The notes under the pieces: model-generated | What the model was told of the DNA's origin: nothing | The model's input: the letters and a program-made list of their open reading frames with translations, nothing else | Database searches by the model: none | Program-made: the position numbers and the translations under genes | DNA from: Lama glama | Lineage: Eukaryota | Reading direction: 5' to 3' | Length of the DNA: 64,000 nt | Assembly (NCBI GenBank): GCA_028534125.1 | Contig: CM052816.1 | Coordinates: 33,296,001 to 33,360,000, forward strand | Shown here: one piece after another, positions 63,477 through 64,000 of the stretch | How the letters are laid out: every line of letters begins with the position of its first letter | Position numbering within the stretch: position 1 is the stretch's first letter

Positions 63477-64000
63477 GAGTAAGAAAACCTTTCAGAAATG
63501 GAAATATTTGAATGCTGACAATGGCAGTTTAGGAGAATATTAGGATTATAAAGGCCTGAAGTGTGATTGTACTACACAGGGTAGCTCCAAGCCATTGGCA
63601 GAATTGTAGTGTTGAAAACTGAAGGAGAGAATTTGAATATCTGACTTGACCTGATTATCATTCTGACCTGAGAACTGTAGTAGTTGCTTTTGTCTGTGGG
63701 GACAAAGGGTTTAGGGGTAAAAGAGAGAGGGACCAGAATTCCTGTGAGAAACAACAAAATGGCCTCCATTTCCAACAGAGATAGACTACTGTTATCCTTA
63801 GAAATAGCAAGGTCATAGCACAAAATAGCCTGGTAGAACTCTTCATAATAATGAAAGAGATACATAAGCCCAACAGCACAATCCACTGGGGAAAATGTTC
63901 CAGTGAACCTCGACTAGTGGACTTCATCCATTATTAATAAACTACAGATTAAATAAAAAGTCCCCAGATTTAGGGGCTGACAAAAGTTAGATCAGAACTA

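Noticed and set aside
62000..64000. Searched for the next upstream CAMK4 exon; 140-aa and 104-aa minus ORFs present
   Set aside because: No kinase subdomain VIII-IX sequence found; the ORFs are intronic noise.

Overview
Mammalian genomic DNA; the L1 3' ends look camelid-type and I saw no ruminant, pig or primate SINEs, so a camelid is inferred. Three protein-coding genes are supported by spliced translation. (1) The first coding exon of the long, EF-hand isoform of MCC (minus, 1551-1705) in a CpG island. (2) The complete STARD4 gene (plus): CpG-island promoter at ~25.3-26.3 kb, five coding exons 33041-40970 encoding 208 aa, and a long 3' UTR. (3) The last three coding exons of CAMK4 (minus, 61926-56940) with a probable ~10 kb 3' UTR converging on STARD4. 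The rest is ordinary repeats (L1, L2, MIR, MaLR/ERV1 LTRs, hAT MITEs). The most notable observations are four. MCC lies head-to-head with STARD4, unlike the human/mouse gene order as I recall it, so a rearrangement junction probably lies in the intergenic region. The STARD4 leader has several splice donors that would switch upstream AUGs between in-frame extension, overlapping uORF and terminated uORF, and one uORF resembles the mouse N-terminal extension. An unidentified processed pseudogene with a clear TSD sits inside an LTR. A polyadenylated ERV RNA end (PPT-U3-R-polyA) appears retroposed into an L1. All cross-species comparisons and repeat family names are from memory, not database searches.
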